Of a DNA stretch of 64,000 nucleotides, positions 63,887 to 64,000 are shown in pieces (position 1 is the first letter of the stretch; every line of letters begins with the position of its first letter). The notes under the pieces were generated by a model. The model saw only the letters and a program-made list of their open reading frames with translations. It made no database searches and was not told the DNA's origin. A program made the position numbers and the translations under genes. The DNA comes from Spirochaetales bacterium (GTDB taxonomy: Bacteria; Spirochaetota; Spirochaetia; JABEVK01), in contig DAIDHT010000034.1 of the NCBI GenBank assembly GCA_027451945.1, positions 812 to 64,811 of the forward strand, read 5' to 3'.

Positions 63887-64000
63887 AAAAATCCTAACTA
63901 GATTGAGTTACTCTTTCATAAAAGACCAAAACCGGGGACTTGTTCAAGGCTGGGAGGAAGAGTACCAGCGAACCACCCCCACCTTGTTGCGTCGTGCGTT

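Noticed and set aside
63944..64000. Possible 3' end of an upstream minus-strand gene (NARRNKVGVVRWYSSSQP*)
   Set aside because: Only 19 codons visible; cannot be supported or identified.
1..64000. CRISPR arrays, transposases, prophage genes, rRNA
   Set aside because: No regularly spaced repeats or recognisable motifs found by eye; nearly all sequence is explained by the listed genes.

Overview
64 kb of mostly housekeeping chromosome from a bacterium of roughly 50-55% GC (by eye). It is very probably a free-living spirochaete: archaeal-type PheRS alpha/beta and UMP kinase, a BB0405/DUF3996-like outer-membrane protein, spirochaetal lipoproteins and a NusG-II/Gx gene pair all point that way. 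About 55 CDSs, one tRNA-Leu(CAA) and four intrinsic terminators are supported. No integrase, transposase, CRISPR array or rRNA was seen. Main points: (1) An AT-rich segment at the left edge encodes the 5' part of a dynamin-like GTPase that the ORF track misses; it may be the edge of a defence island and carries an in-frame G9 tract. (2) About 14 genes have a -10 box 5-7 nt before the start codon, nearly all without a Shine-Dalgarno, implying pervasive leaderless mRNAs; two divergent leaderless promoters share one palindromic -35. (3) Several features suggest acid adaptation: a P3A-type H+-ATPase, a non-canonical Nramp and charge-depleted surface lipoproteins. (4) An ATPase-less NusG-II/Gx/EcfT-like/flavodoxin operon. 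(5) An uncharacterised large lipoprotein plus beta-barrel pair next to a GH5 lipoprotein. (6) Several apparent pseudo-enzymes and palindromic operator candidates. All family assignments come from motif recognition by eye, not database searches.
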